The notes beneath the pieces are model-generated. The model was not told the origin of the DNA and made no database searches. It worked only from the letters and a program-made list of their open reading frames with translations. DNA of 43,310 nucleotides from an uncultured bacterium (GTDB taxonomy: Bacteria > Myxococcota_A > CAZTSL01), in assembly GCA_964616915.1 (NCBI GenBank), contig CAZTSL010000008.1, forward strand, positions 1 to 43,310, given 5' to 3'. Position 1 is the stretch's first letter. Every line of letters starts with the position of its first letter. The translations under genes were made by a program, and so were the position numbers. This document shows, piece after piece, positions 34,668 to 42,400 of the stretch.

Positions 34668-37127
34668 CCCCCCTCCCGCCGGAATCGCTGAGCGGGAGAG
34701 GAGACACCAGAAGAGGAGGGTGAGTCCGACCCCCAGCAGGGAGACGATCCCGCCCAGGCGCAAACCGGGGGTTTCATAGCGGAAGACGATGCGATGCCTC
34801 CCCCCTTCGAGCCGCACGCCCCGAAAGAGGACGTTCGCCCGAAGAAGGGGACGCGCTCCCCCATCGACCCGGACCCGCCACCCCGGCGCCCAGGGATCGA
34901 GGAGGAGGAGATACCCCGGTGCGGGGAGATCGGCCTCGAGGACGATCCACTCCGGATCGTCCCGGAGGAACCGGATCGTGGGGCGCGCTGGAATCGCGGA
35001 AGGGGAGGGCACCGCCCCACCGGCCGTACCCCTGACGGGGCGTTCCCTTGGCTCCGGAAGGGGGAGCATGGTGCCCTTGGGAGGGGCCTTCCGTTGCTCC
35101 GGCAGAGGGAGCGTACAGCGCCTCGCCCGTTCTTCCCCCTCCCCTCCGGGGGGGAGGATGAGAACGCGGCGAAGGTCGATCCGTCCCCGGAGGAGGAGCC
35201 CCACCCCTTCGCGCTCCGTGGCCACGCACGCCTCCGGTACGATCGAGACGCGGGGAAGGGCATCGTGGTTCTCGTAGAGATAGAGGGACCACCCCGCCTG
35301 CACGCCCCGGAGGGAGAGCCCCCGTGCCGAAAGGGGAGCGGGCGCAGTGAGGTGCGTCACCCCGATCGCGTTCCAGAGCGCCCGACGATAGGCGTAGTTC
35401 GGATGCCGAAGGTTCTCGAGGAGGCGAAGATGGTGTTCCGGTACCAGCACGTTCGAGCCATCGGCGACCTGCACGTGGTAGAGCGTTCCGATATCGGGGA
35501 AGAACGCCTCGCTCAAGAGGCGCAGACGACTCTGCGCCCCCAATCTCTCCCAGATCCGGGGATCCTGCACCTCCCAGGCCCCCGCGTCCTGGAGCCGGGC
35601 CCCCGGGGGGAGGAACGCCGCGAAGTGAGGGGGTTGCCGGTAAAGGGAGGCCGGGGCCGGCGGGTTGAGGGGCAGATTCGCCACCGCAAGATCGGTCCCC
35701 GCAATCAGGAGGAGGAGTACCGCGGCGGTCCCCTTCCGCAGCCGCCCCCCCCCCGCGGCAAAGAGGACGAAACTCCCCATCCCCGAGAGGAGGGCGACGA
35801 TGCCCAGCCCCCGCCGCAGGTGTTGCGCGAAGGCCGAAGGGAGCGAGAGATGGGAGACGACGAAGGATGCCATGATCGCAAACAGCGCGATCGCGCCCGC
35901 CCCCATCCCCACGAGTCTTCCCGGAAGGGAGGGGGAGCGATCGCAACCCCGCCGCCACAGATCGAACCCCCGCGCTGCGAGGAGGATGAGCGGCCACAGG
36001 GTGAACGCCAGGTAACGCTCGGGAAAGCGGAAGTGGTCGAAGCCGGGGATGAACCGGTGACAGAAGGGGTAGAGCGGGGTGTGCTTCCCCAGCGCGAGGA
36101 GGAAGGCGAAAAGCGCCACACCAAGGAGGAGATTCCGCCGCCGCCCCCCCCCCTTCAGGCCAAGCGCGAGGAAGGGGAGGAAGAGAACGCCGAGATAGTA
36201 ACTCGCCAGCCACGTCACCCGCGGATGCCCGAAGACCTCGGGCCACGAGGCCATCGCAACGGGGTCGAAGGCGAAGTTCGGGACGAAGAGGGAGAGGAGG
36301 AAGCGGGGCGCGAAGGACCACTCCGTGGCCAGCGCCAGGCGCACCCCCCCCGCCCGGGTGGAGATGCCGGCAAGAGCGGCGGTGGGAAGGAGCTGGACCG
36401 CGACGATCAGGAGGGAGAGCCCGATCCCCCCGAGCATCCCCCCGCCCCGGCGGATCCATTCCCGCCGAGAGGGCATCTCCCTCCCACCTTCCCCTTCCGA
36501 AACGACGAAGCCCTCCCCCGCCGACATCGCGGCGATCCCGAGGAGCAACCCCACCATCCCGGCGAAGAGGAGCGGCTCCCCCCCAAGGAAGGCGCAACAG
36601 AGCAGGGGAATCGCAAGGAGCGCGAACCGAGGACGCCCCTCCCGCATCCACCTCACCCAGCAGACCCCCACCCATGGCAACCAGGCCGCGGTCTGAAGGT
36701 TGTTGAGCACATGGACCCAGGAGAGCGACATCCCCCCGAAGGCGAGAAGAAGCGCGCCAAAGATGCTCGATTCCGGATGAAACCCCAGCACGCGGAAGAA
36801 ACGATACCCCCCCACGAAATGGAGCAGGAGGAGAAACGCGACGAAGAGGTTGAACGCCAGCGGAAAGGGAAAGAGGTAGAGGATGAGGCTCGGTGGATAG
36901 AAGAAGCCGGTCTGCGGGTTCGCCAGAAACGGAACCCCCAGACGCTCCCACCGGTTCCAATGGGGGATCTCCCCGCTGCGCACCCGCTCGGCGAGCAGAT
37001 GCTTCATCGGGTAGAAGTAGGAATGGATGTCCCCGAACGAAAGGGTCGTCTCCCCGGAGAGCAGAGGATGGAGAAAGAGAAAGAGGAGGAGGACGAAGAG
37101 GAGAAGGGTCGTGCGCGCTCTACGCAT
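34017..37127 (-). CDS. YfhO-family GT-C membrane protein fused in frame to a C-terminal phosphoglycosyl (sugar) transferase (1036 aa)
   Basis: YfhO-like motifs GDI..YFYP, PHWN...G.PFLANPQ.GFFYP, RFPER, PGWRV.VDG..RAN..RGV and H.I.FRY. No stop before the PGT domain. Confidence 0.8.
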   Translation of the reverse strand: MRRARTTLLLFVLLLFLFLHPLLSGETTLSFGDIHSYFYPMKHLLAERVRSGEIPHWNRWERLGVPFLANPQTGFFYPPSLILYLFPFPLAFNLFVAFLLLLHFVGGYRFFRVLGFHPESSIFGALLLAFGGMSLSWVHVLNNLQTAAWLPWVGVCWVRWMREGRPRFALLAIPLLCCAFLGGEPLLFAGMVGLLLGIAAMSAGEGFVVSEGEGGREMPSRREWIRRGGGMLGGIGLSLLIVAVQLLPTAALAGISTRAGGVRLALATEWSFAPRFLLSLFVPNFAFDPVAMASWPEVFGHPRVTWLASYYLGVLFLPFLALGLKGGGRRRNLLLGVALFAFLLALGKHTPLYPFCHRFIPGFDHFRFPERYLAFTLWPLILLAARGFDLWRRGCDRSPSLPGRLVGMGAGAIALFAIMASFVVSHLSLPSAFAQHLRRGLGIVALLSGMGSFVLFAAGGGRLRKGTAAVLLLLIAGTDLAVANLPLNPPAPASLYRQPPHFAAFLPPGARLQDAGAWEVQDPRIWERLGAQSRLRLLSEAFFPDIGTLYHVQVADGSNVLVPEHHLRLLENLRHPNYAYRRALWNAIGVTHLTAPAPLSARGLSLRGVQAGWSLYLYENHDALPRVSIVPEACVATEREGVGLLLRGRIDLRRVLILPPGGEGEERARRCTLPLPEQRKAPPKGTMLPLPEPRERPVRGTAGGAVPSPSAIPARPTIRFLRDDPEWIVLEADLPAPGYLLLLDPWAPGWRVRVDGGARPLLRANVLFRGVRLEGGRHRIVFRYETPGLRLGGIVSLLGVGLTLLFWCLLSRSAIPAGGGMRGAYGWIKRGLDLIGALLLLLLTLPLTLFLTLIIPLESRGGAFFRQRRVGRDGRLFTLWKFRTMRPGSEPTPAEIWEPLSPDDPRITRLGRWLRRTGIDELPQLWNVLKGEMSLVGPRPALPEQVAGYTPEERERLRVKPGITGLAQIEGRDRIPWKRRIEIDREYVARASLPLDLVILWRTIGFLLREIRRPAVSRQADPERPPPPPITDERWS

Positions 37128-37170
37128 CCCGAGAGGTGACGCCAAAGGATTCCTCCGCTCCGGAGAGAGA

Positions 37171-37572
37171 TCAACGGATCGTCACGATATCCTCACCGCT
37201 TTGCCCGGCCTCATCGACCGCCGTCACCCGGATCTCGATCTGCTGGTACCCCGTGGGGGTGCGGAAGTTGAAGGAGAGCCGGTAGAAGGGCTCGTTGGGG
37301 ACGACCCGGACCATGTCATCGACGAGGGTCTGCGTCACATTGCCGGGATACTCGGCGATCACGGCAAAGAAAACCTCGGAGATGGCGTTGTCGTCGGTGC
37401 AGTCCGCGATGACGTGGACGACCGCCCCTTCCGGGAAGTTCTGGAGATCCTCCGGCTCGATGATCTCCACCGTGGGGGGCGCGTCCTGGCAGCCACCGGG
37501 AGCGCCGATCACGAGGAACAGGAGGGACGCAAGGAACGCCCCGCTTCGTCGAATCAGGAATCTCCTTCGCAT
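37171..37572 (-). CDS. Putative lipoprotein with single Ig-like domain
   Basis: GAGGAG SD. Basic then hydrophobic signal ending GGC. PPTVEIIEP..TDDN.I..V.F..IRVTAVD.AG resembles bacterial Ig-like domains. Confidence 0.65.
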   Translation of the reverse strand: MRRRFLIRRSGAFLASLLFLVIGAPGGCQDAPPTVEIIEPEDLQNFPEGAVVHVIADCTDDNAISEVFFAVIAEYPGNVTQTLVDDMVRVVPNEPFYRLSFNFRTPTGYQQIEIRVTAVDEAGQSGEDIVTIR

Positions 37573-37606
37573 CGCAATCTCCTCCTCTGGAGAAGGGAAA
37601 AGGGGT

Positions 37607-38902
37607 TCATCGCTTCATCCCACGCTGCCAGCGGGCCCGGAAGCGGTCGATCTCGTCGGTGGAGAGGGGTTCGTATCGCCTGCGCCGCCTTCGCCGTTCG
37701 AGCTGATCGCGTTCGAGGAGGAAGGAGGTGACATGGCGGCCCCCCTCGGTATAGACGTGGACCCGTCCCCGTTTCCCGAGGACGACGATCGAACCCTTGT
37801 CGGTATCGCGGAAGAAATCCTCGGCAGTGGCGTGGAGGCAATCCTCGAAGGCCATGTGGACGGGGCGCTTCTGCCGGCCCCGCTCTTCGGCGTGGGAGGT
37901 GCGGCGCTGCCGCTGCCGCCCCTTGCGCTCGACGGAAGTGGCGAAGTGACGCAGGGCGGCGAAGACCTTCTCCTTGAGTTCGTTGCGCTCCGCCCGACTT
38001 CGGGCCGCATGCCAGGAGAGGTTGATCGTCTCCACCCGTCGCTCCACCTCCTTGAGCGCATCGTAGACCCGCATCAGGGGAGAGCGTTGTCCTGCCACCG
38101 CCTCGGCGAGCGCGTCACGCAACTCCTGGGTCGCGATGAGCTGAACCCGCAGCCGCCGTTCCTTCGTTTCGATGATCTGAAGCGTGAGGGCCTGGCGTTC
38201 CCCGGCTGCCTGGAGGTAACCGGCGACCACCTGGCCGAGGATGAGATAGGTCATCGAGGATTTCCCGAAGGGGAGGAGCTGCTCGGAAACGAGACGCTTC
38301 CGTCCCACCAGCCGGGAGAGGATCGGTGGGTTCTCCTCGAAGAGCCGATCGACCCGATCGTCGTCCAGGGCGAGCATGTAGCTGAAGAACTCCTCCCAGC
38401 GTGGCCGGCCGGTGGAACGGTACCCGGCGAAGACTTCGCCCGGCGTGGCCGGGCGCGTATGTTCGCAGAGCGCGGCTCCGCAGTGGTAGCAGTAGACCCG
38501 CCCCACCTGGAAGGCATCGTGCCGGGCGAGGTAGACTTCGGCCTCCCGCTCGATCCGTTCGAGGAGCGCCGCTGGCGTCATCCCGGTGACGTAGTCGATC
38601 GTGAGCCCTGCCGGTACCCCCTTGCGGGGAGAATACCCCACCGAAACGAGGATCTGATGGAAGAGACGCTCCATCGCCTCCAGAACGGCCCGTGCATCCG
38701 CCACGGCCGCCTCCTCCGGAACTCGGGTTCCCTGGGGAAGGTGGAAGGCCTCGCTCCCGCAGGGATGGGGCGTCGTCCTCTCGATGTCCGCTCCCCTGCC
38801 GGCTTCGCCCCCCTCGTCGGATCCTCCCTTCCCGGTTCGCTCCGCCTTGGTCTCCGGCGAACGCACGGGCGGATCCTCCTGATCATCCCTGACGCGTGTC
38901 AT
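37607..38902 (-). CDS. Hypothetical protein with CxxC-x4-CxH motif (431 aa)
   Basis: Protein-like composition, fits the gene order and has its own promoter. VYCYHCGAALCEH motif and a coiled-coil region. No family recognised. Confidence 0.75.
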   Translation of the reverse strand: MTRVRDDQEDPPVRSPETKAERTGKGGSDEGGEAGRGADIERTTPHPCGSEAFHLPQGTRVPEEAAVADARAVLEAMERLFHQILVSVGYSPRKGVPAGLTIDYVTGMTPAALLERIEREAEVYLARHDAFQVGRVYCYHCGAALCEHTRPATPGEVFAGYRSTGRPRWEEFFSYMLALDDDRVDRLFEENPPILSRLVGRKRLVSEQLLPFGKSSMTYLILGQVVAGYLQAAGERQALTLQIIETKERRLRVQLIATQELRDALAEAVAGQRSPLMRVYDALKEVERRVETINLSWHAARSRAERNELKEKVFAALRHFATSVERKGRQRQRRTSHAEERGRQKRPVHMAFEDCLHATAEDFFRDTDKGSIVVLGKRGRVHVYTEGGRHVTSFLLERDQLERRRRRRRYEPLSTDEIDRFRARWQRGMKR

Positions 38903-38908
38903 GGATCG

Positions 38909-38937
38909 AGCGTAGAAGAAAGTTCTTCTGCTGTCAA
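38909..38937 (-). promoter_or_regulatory. Sigma70 promoter with palindromic operator-like site in spacer
   Basis: TTGACA (38937-38932) - 17 nt - TACGCT (38914-38909). Inverted repeat AGAAGAA-AG-TTCTTCT at 38914-38929. Confidence 0.6.
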
Positions 38938-39141
38938 GACCGGTTCAGGATCCCGATCGAACGCTTTCTCATCGAAGGGGAGCAGAGCGCTCTTCTTCTC
39001 CGGAGTGCTGGAAAAAGGTTTTCCTGGGGAAGTCCCCCCTCCCTTCCGAAGGTTGGGGTGACGCAAGTAGGGTGTCGTGTATTGCTTCGGGGGGACCGCT
39101 CCGGATCGTTCGGCGAAGGGAGAGGGGGGAACCCCCGTTTC

Positions 39142-40230
39142 TCATCGCTTCGTCTCGGGGAAGGTGACTTCGAGGACTTCCCCCGATCGGCTCACCCGGG
39201 CGGAATAGCGTTTCCCCGCCTCGTAACGCCGCCATTGCGCCTCGGAGACCTCTTTGCGGTAGCGCTCCTTCTCTTCGTCGGTGAAGTGGACGAAGTAGTG
39301 CTCCGTCCGTCGGCCGGCCCGTTCGTTTTCGGCGAGTCGCAGGGGAGGCCATTCCGGTTCCCGGTCCTCCCCTGCTGCCCGCTTCGTTCGGTCGTGGACC
39401 CATTTCTCGACTTCGTAACGGTATTTCGTACGGTAGACCGGTTCCTTTCGGTAGACCGGCTCCCGGTAGGTTTCGGTCCGGTAGCGGGTTTCGTACTTCG
39501 GGCGGGTGCAGTAGCGGTCCTCGAAATAGCCGTTTCCGAGATCCCGTTTCCCGCAGACGTAGCGTTCCGTTCCGGTCTGGACTCGCTCCGGGACCTTGCG
39601 AGTGCGGGTCTCGTAGTGGTCGAGGACGTCCTCGTAGTGGTGAATGTCCCGCCACTTCTTCTTCACGCGGGCACCGTGGGGGAGATCCCACCCCTCCTCG
39701 GTGACCGTTCGATAGGCCTCGACATCGATCTCCCGTTCCCAGGAGAAGCCGGTGACGGTGAGGGTTTTGTGCCGGGGACGAAAGACGAGGAAGAGGAGGA
39801 GAAGGATCCCCCCCACGACCCCGCCGGCGACGAGGAACTTGCGAAGCGATCCCCTCCGCCTGGGGGACGAGGTTCGAGCGGCCTCCCCCCCGGAGGGGGA
39901 ATCGGGGGCATTGTCGCCGCTTCGCGGAACCTCCTCGAGGCCGTAGTCCCGGACGGCCTGACGCTCGCTGTCGGCACGGTCCGCGCCGCAGCCGCCACAC
40001 GCCTCGAGCGCGGCACTGTTGCTCGCCCCACAGTAGGTACAGAGCCAGTCCGCTCCCGCACGGGCTTCTTGCAACCGCGCCTCGTCGGTGACTGCCTGGG
40101 CATCCTCCGGAAGGTAGAAACGGGTTCCCTCCGGACGGGAACGACCGCAATTCGGACACGATTTGTGACGTCCGAGGATGCCGACCGTGCCACAGCTTCG
40201 GCAATCCCAGCGTCCTTCCTGGATCGCCAT
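39142..40230 (-). CDS. Bitopic membrane protein with two N-terminal RanBP2-like zinc ribbons and an extracytoplasmic beta-rich domain
   Basis: WDCRSC..CPNCG and WLCTYC..CGGCG. One TM (FLVAGGVVGGILLLLFLVF). Y/R/E/T-rich C-terminus with a Cys pair around DLGNGYFED. Confidence 0.8.
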   Translation of the reverse strand: MAIQEGRWDCRSCGTVGILGRHKSCPNCGRSRPEGTRFYLPEDAQAVTDEARLQEARAGADWLCTYCGASNSAALEACGGCGADRADSERQAVRDYGLEEVPRSGDNAPDSPSGGEAARTSSPRRRGSLRKFLVAGGVVGGILLLLFLVFRPRHKTLTVTGFSWEREIDVEAYRTVTEEGWDLPHGARVKKKWRDIHHYEDVLDHYETRTRKVPERVQTGTERYVCGKRDLGNGYFEDRYCTRPKYETRYRTETYREPVYRKEPVYRTKYRYEVEKWVHDRTKRAAGEDREPEWPPLRLAENERAGRRTEHYFVHFTDEEKERYRKEVSEAQWRRYEAGKRYSARVSRSGEVLEVTFPETKR

Positions 40231-40242
40231 CGAAGATGCCTC

Positions 40243-41964
40243 CTACCGTTGGTCGTTCATGAACCGATCGTCGTGCGTGGCGAGCCACGCCGCGGCCTCG
40301 TTGACGATTTCGGGGAGCACATCGAGGCGGAATGGACTTTCGAGTCTCCCTTCCGCCACGATTTCGAGGAAGGCGCGGCTCCCTCCGATCGTGCAGATTC
40401 GCAGATAGTCGTCCCAGTATCCCGCTTTCCCGTTTTGCGCCCGCTTCCAGAACTGGAGCGCGCAGGTGAGCGCCAACACGTAGTCGATGTAGTAGAAGGG
40501 ATAGCGGTAGATGTGGTGCTGACTCTGCCAGAGGGCACCGCCGGCGAGGAAGGAGAGGTCCCCGTAATTCCGCCAGGGGAGGTATTTTCGTTCGAGTTCC
40601 CGCCAGAAGATTTTTCGTTCCTTCGGCCCCGCCTCGGGATGCGCATGGACGAAGTGCTGGAACTCATCGACGGCGCAGCCGTAGGGGAGGAAGAGGATGC
40701 GATTCCTCAGATGATCGTTGCGGTAGCGGATCGCGTCACGTTCGCCGAAGAAGCGTTCCATCCAGGGCCAGGCGAAGAACTCCATGCTCATGCTGTGGAT
40801 CTCGGCGGCCTCCGAGGTGGGCCACTGGTAGTCGAGGATGGAGAGATGCCGGCTGCAATACTTCTGGAAGGCATGACCCGACTCGTGCATGAGCACCCGC
40901 ACGTCGCCGGCGGTGCCGTTGAAGTTGCAGAAGATGAAGGGGACGCCGTAATCGGGGAAGCTCGTGCAGTAGCCCCCCCCCGCTTTGCCGTCGCGCGTCT
41001 CGAGGTCGTAGAAGCCCCCTTCGGTCATCATTCCGAAGAATGCGCCGGTTTCGGGAGACATCTCGGAGAAGGTTTCCGCTGCCTGCCGCACGATGAAGGA
41101 GGTATCCCCGAGGGGGGTGGGAGGGGGCTCGGTGTCGCCGACCCCTTCGTCCCAGAACATGAGGGGATCGACGCCGAGGATCTCTCCTTGCCGATCGCGT
41201 AGCGCCGCGGCCAGGGGCACGACATGCCGGACGACCTCGGCGCGGAAGACCTCCACCTCCCCGGGCCCGTAGTCGAGCCGCCGCATCCGCCGATACGCGA
41301 GGGGGATGAAGTTCTCATACCCCAGGATCCGCGCCATCTCGTGGCGCAGGTGGACGAGTTCGTCGTAGAGGGTATCGAACGATTCGGCATGCTCGGCGAA
41401 GAAGTGCTCCCGGGCCTGCTGGGCTGCGTGGCGCAGATCCCGGTCCGGGTTCGTGTAGTATCTGGCGAGGCGGCTCAGATTGTGGACCGCGCCGTCGAAG
41501 GGGATTCTGGCACTGGCCAGGAGATCGGTGTACTCCGTGACGAGGTGTTCCTCCCGGCGGAGGTGATCGGCGATCCGGGGGGAGAAGGTCTCGATCTCCA
41601 CCGCGAGGAGATCGAGGATCCGCCGACCATGTTTCGCCGCGATCGCCTCCCGGTGTGGGTGGCTCACGATCTTCTTGCAGACCTGGGTATTCCAGTCCTC
41701 CACCTCGGGGAGATGTTCCTCGAAGTAGGCCTTCTCCCGCCGGACCGCTTCGTTGCGGGTATCGAGGGTGTAGAGGACGCGGTTCAAGCCCCTCATCGTG
41801 GCGAAATGGGAACGAAGCGCCATCCAGTGGTCGAGCGCGGCGTTCAACGCCGCGCCACTTCCGGCCTCATCGATCTCGCCGAGCAAACGGTCGTAGGCCG
41901 CGCCCAGTTCCGCCATATCGATCCGTTCGTAGTTCAATGCTGAAAATTTCGGCGTTTCGCTCAT
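40243..41964 (-). CDS. M3 family oligoendopeptidase (PepF-like), 573 aa
   Basis: GAGGAGG SD and ATG 41964. Motifs GKAGGGYC, FCNFNG, HESGH, EIHSMSMEF, VDEFQH and QHHI..PFYYIDY. Confidence 0.93.
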   Translation of the reverse strand: MSETPKFSALNYERIDMAELGAAYDRLLGEIDEAGSGAALNAALDHWMALRSHFATMRGLNRVLYTLDTRNEAVRREKAYFEEHLPEVEDWNTQVCKKIVSHPHREAIAAKHGRRILDLLAVEIETFSPRIADHLRREEHLVTEYTDLLASARIPFDGAVHNLSRLARYYTNPDRDLRHAAQQAREHFFAEHAESFDTLYDELVHLRHEMARILGYENFIPLAYRRMRRLDYGPGEVEVFRAEVVRHVVPLAAALRDRQGEILGVDPLMFWDEGVGDTEPPPTPLGDTSFIVRQAAETFSEMSPETGAFFGMMTEGGFYDLETRDGKAGGGYCTSFPDYGVPFIFCNFNGTAGDVRVLMHESGHAFQKYCSRHLSILDYQWPTSEAAEIHSMSMEFFAWPWMERFFGERDAIRYRNDHLRNRILFLPYGCAVDEFQHFVHAHPEAGPKERKIFWRELERKYLPWRNYGDLSFLAGGALWQSQHHIYRYPFYYIDYVLALTCALQFWKRAQNGKAGYWDDYLRICTIGGSRAFLEIVAEGRLESPFRLDVLPEIVNEAAAWLATHDDRFMNDQR

Positions 41965-42215
41965 CGTCCTCCTCGTTCCTCCCACCCGATCTCCTTGTGG
42001 GTCGCTTCCCCTTCTCCTGAACCGCACCGATTCCGATGGGGCATTTTCCAAGAGAGAGAGCTTAAAGGAGTACGGAGAAAGAAGCAAGGGGCATCCGTGA
42101 TCGTCGAGTTGCCTGCCGCCAACCGCCTGAGCGCTGCCAGCGGCCCGTACCGGGGAGAAAGGGCGTGTCCCCCGCAGCGACCATAGCGATCCGTGCATGC
42201 CCGAGCGTCTTCGAA

Positions 42216-42245
42216 TTGACCCTTCCCTCATGATTGTGGTATGCT
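42216..42245 (+). promoter_or_regulatory. Sigma70 promoter for the right-edge gene
   Basis: TTGACC (42216-42221) - 18 nt - TATGCT (42240-42245), with an extended -10 TG. Confidence 0.55.
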
Positions 42246-42400
42246 ACGCGGTGGTGGGGATTCCCTGTGATCATGGTGACCGCCGCGAGGTGTCTTCCCC
42301 GGCGAAGATCGCCCCTCCCTTGGTCGCGAGGGGGACTTCGGGCATCCGTTCCGCGTCGGTGGAACGCCATGAAAGCCGCTGCGAGTACGAAAGAGTCCGG

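Noticed and set aside
5580-37127. Alternative genetic code as the cause of the fusions
   Set aside because: TGA and TAG terminate other genes normally, and the three linkers share no distinctive codon.
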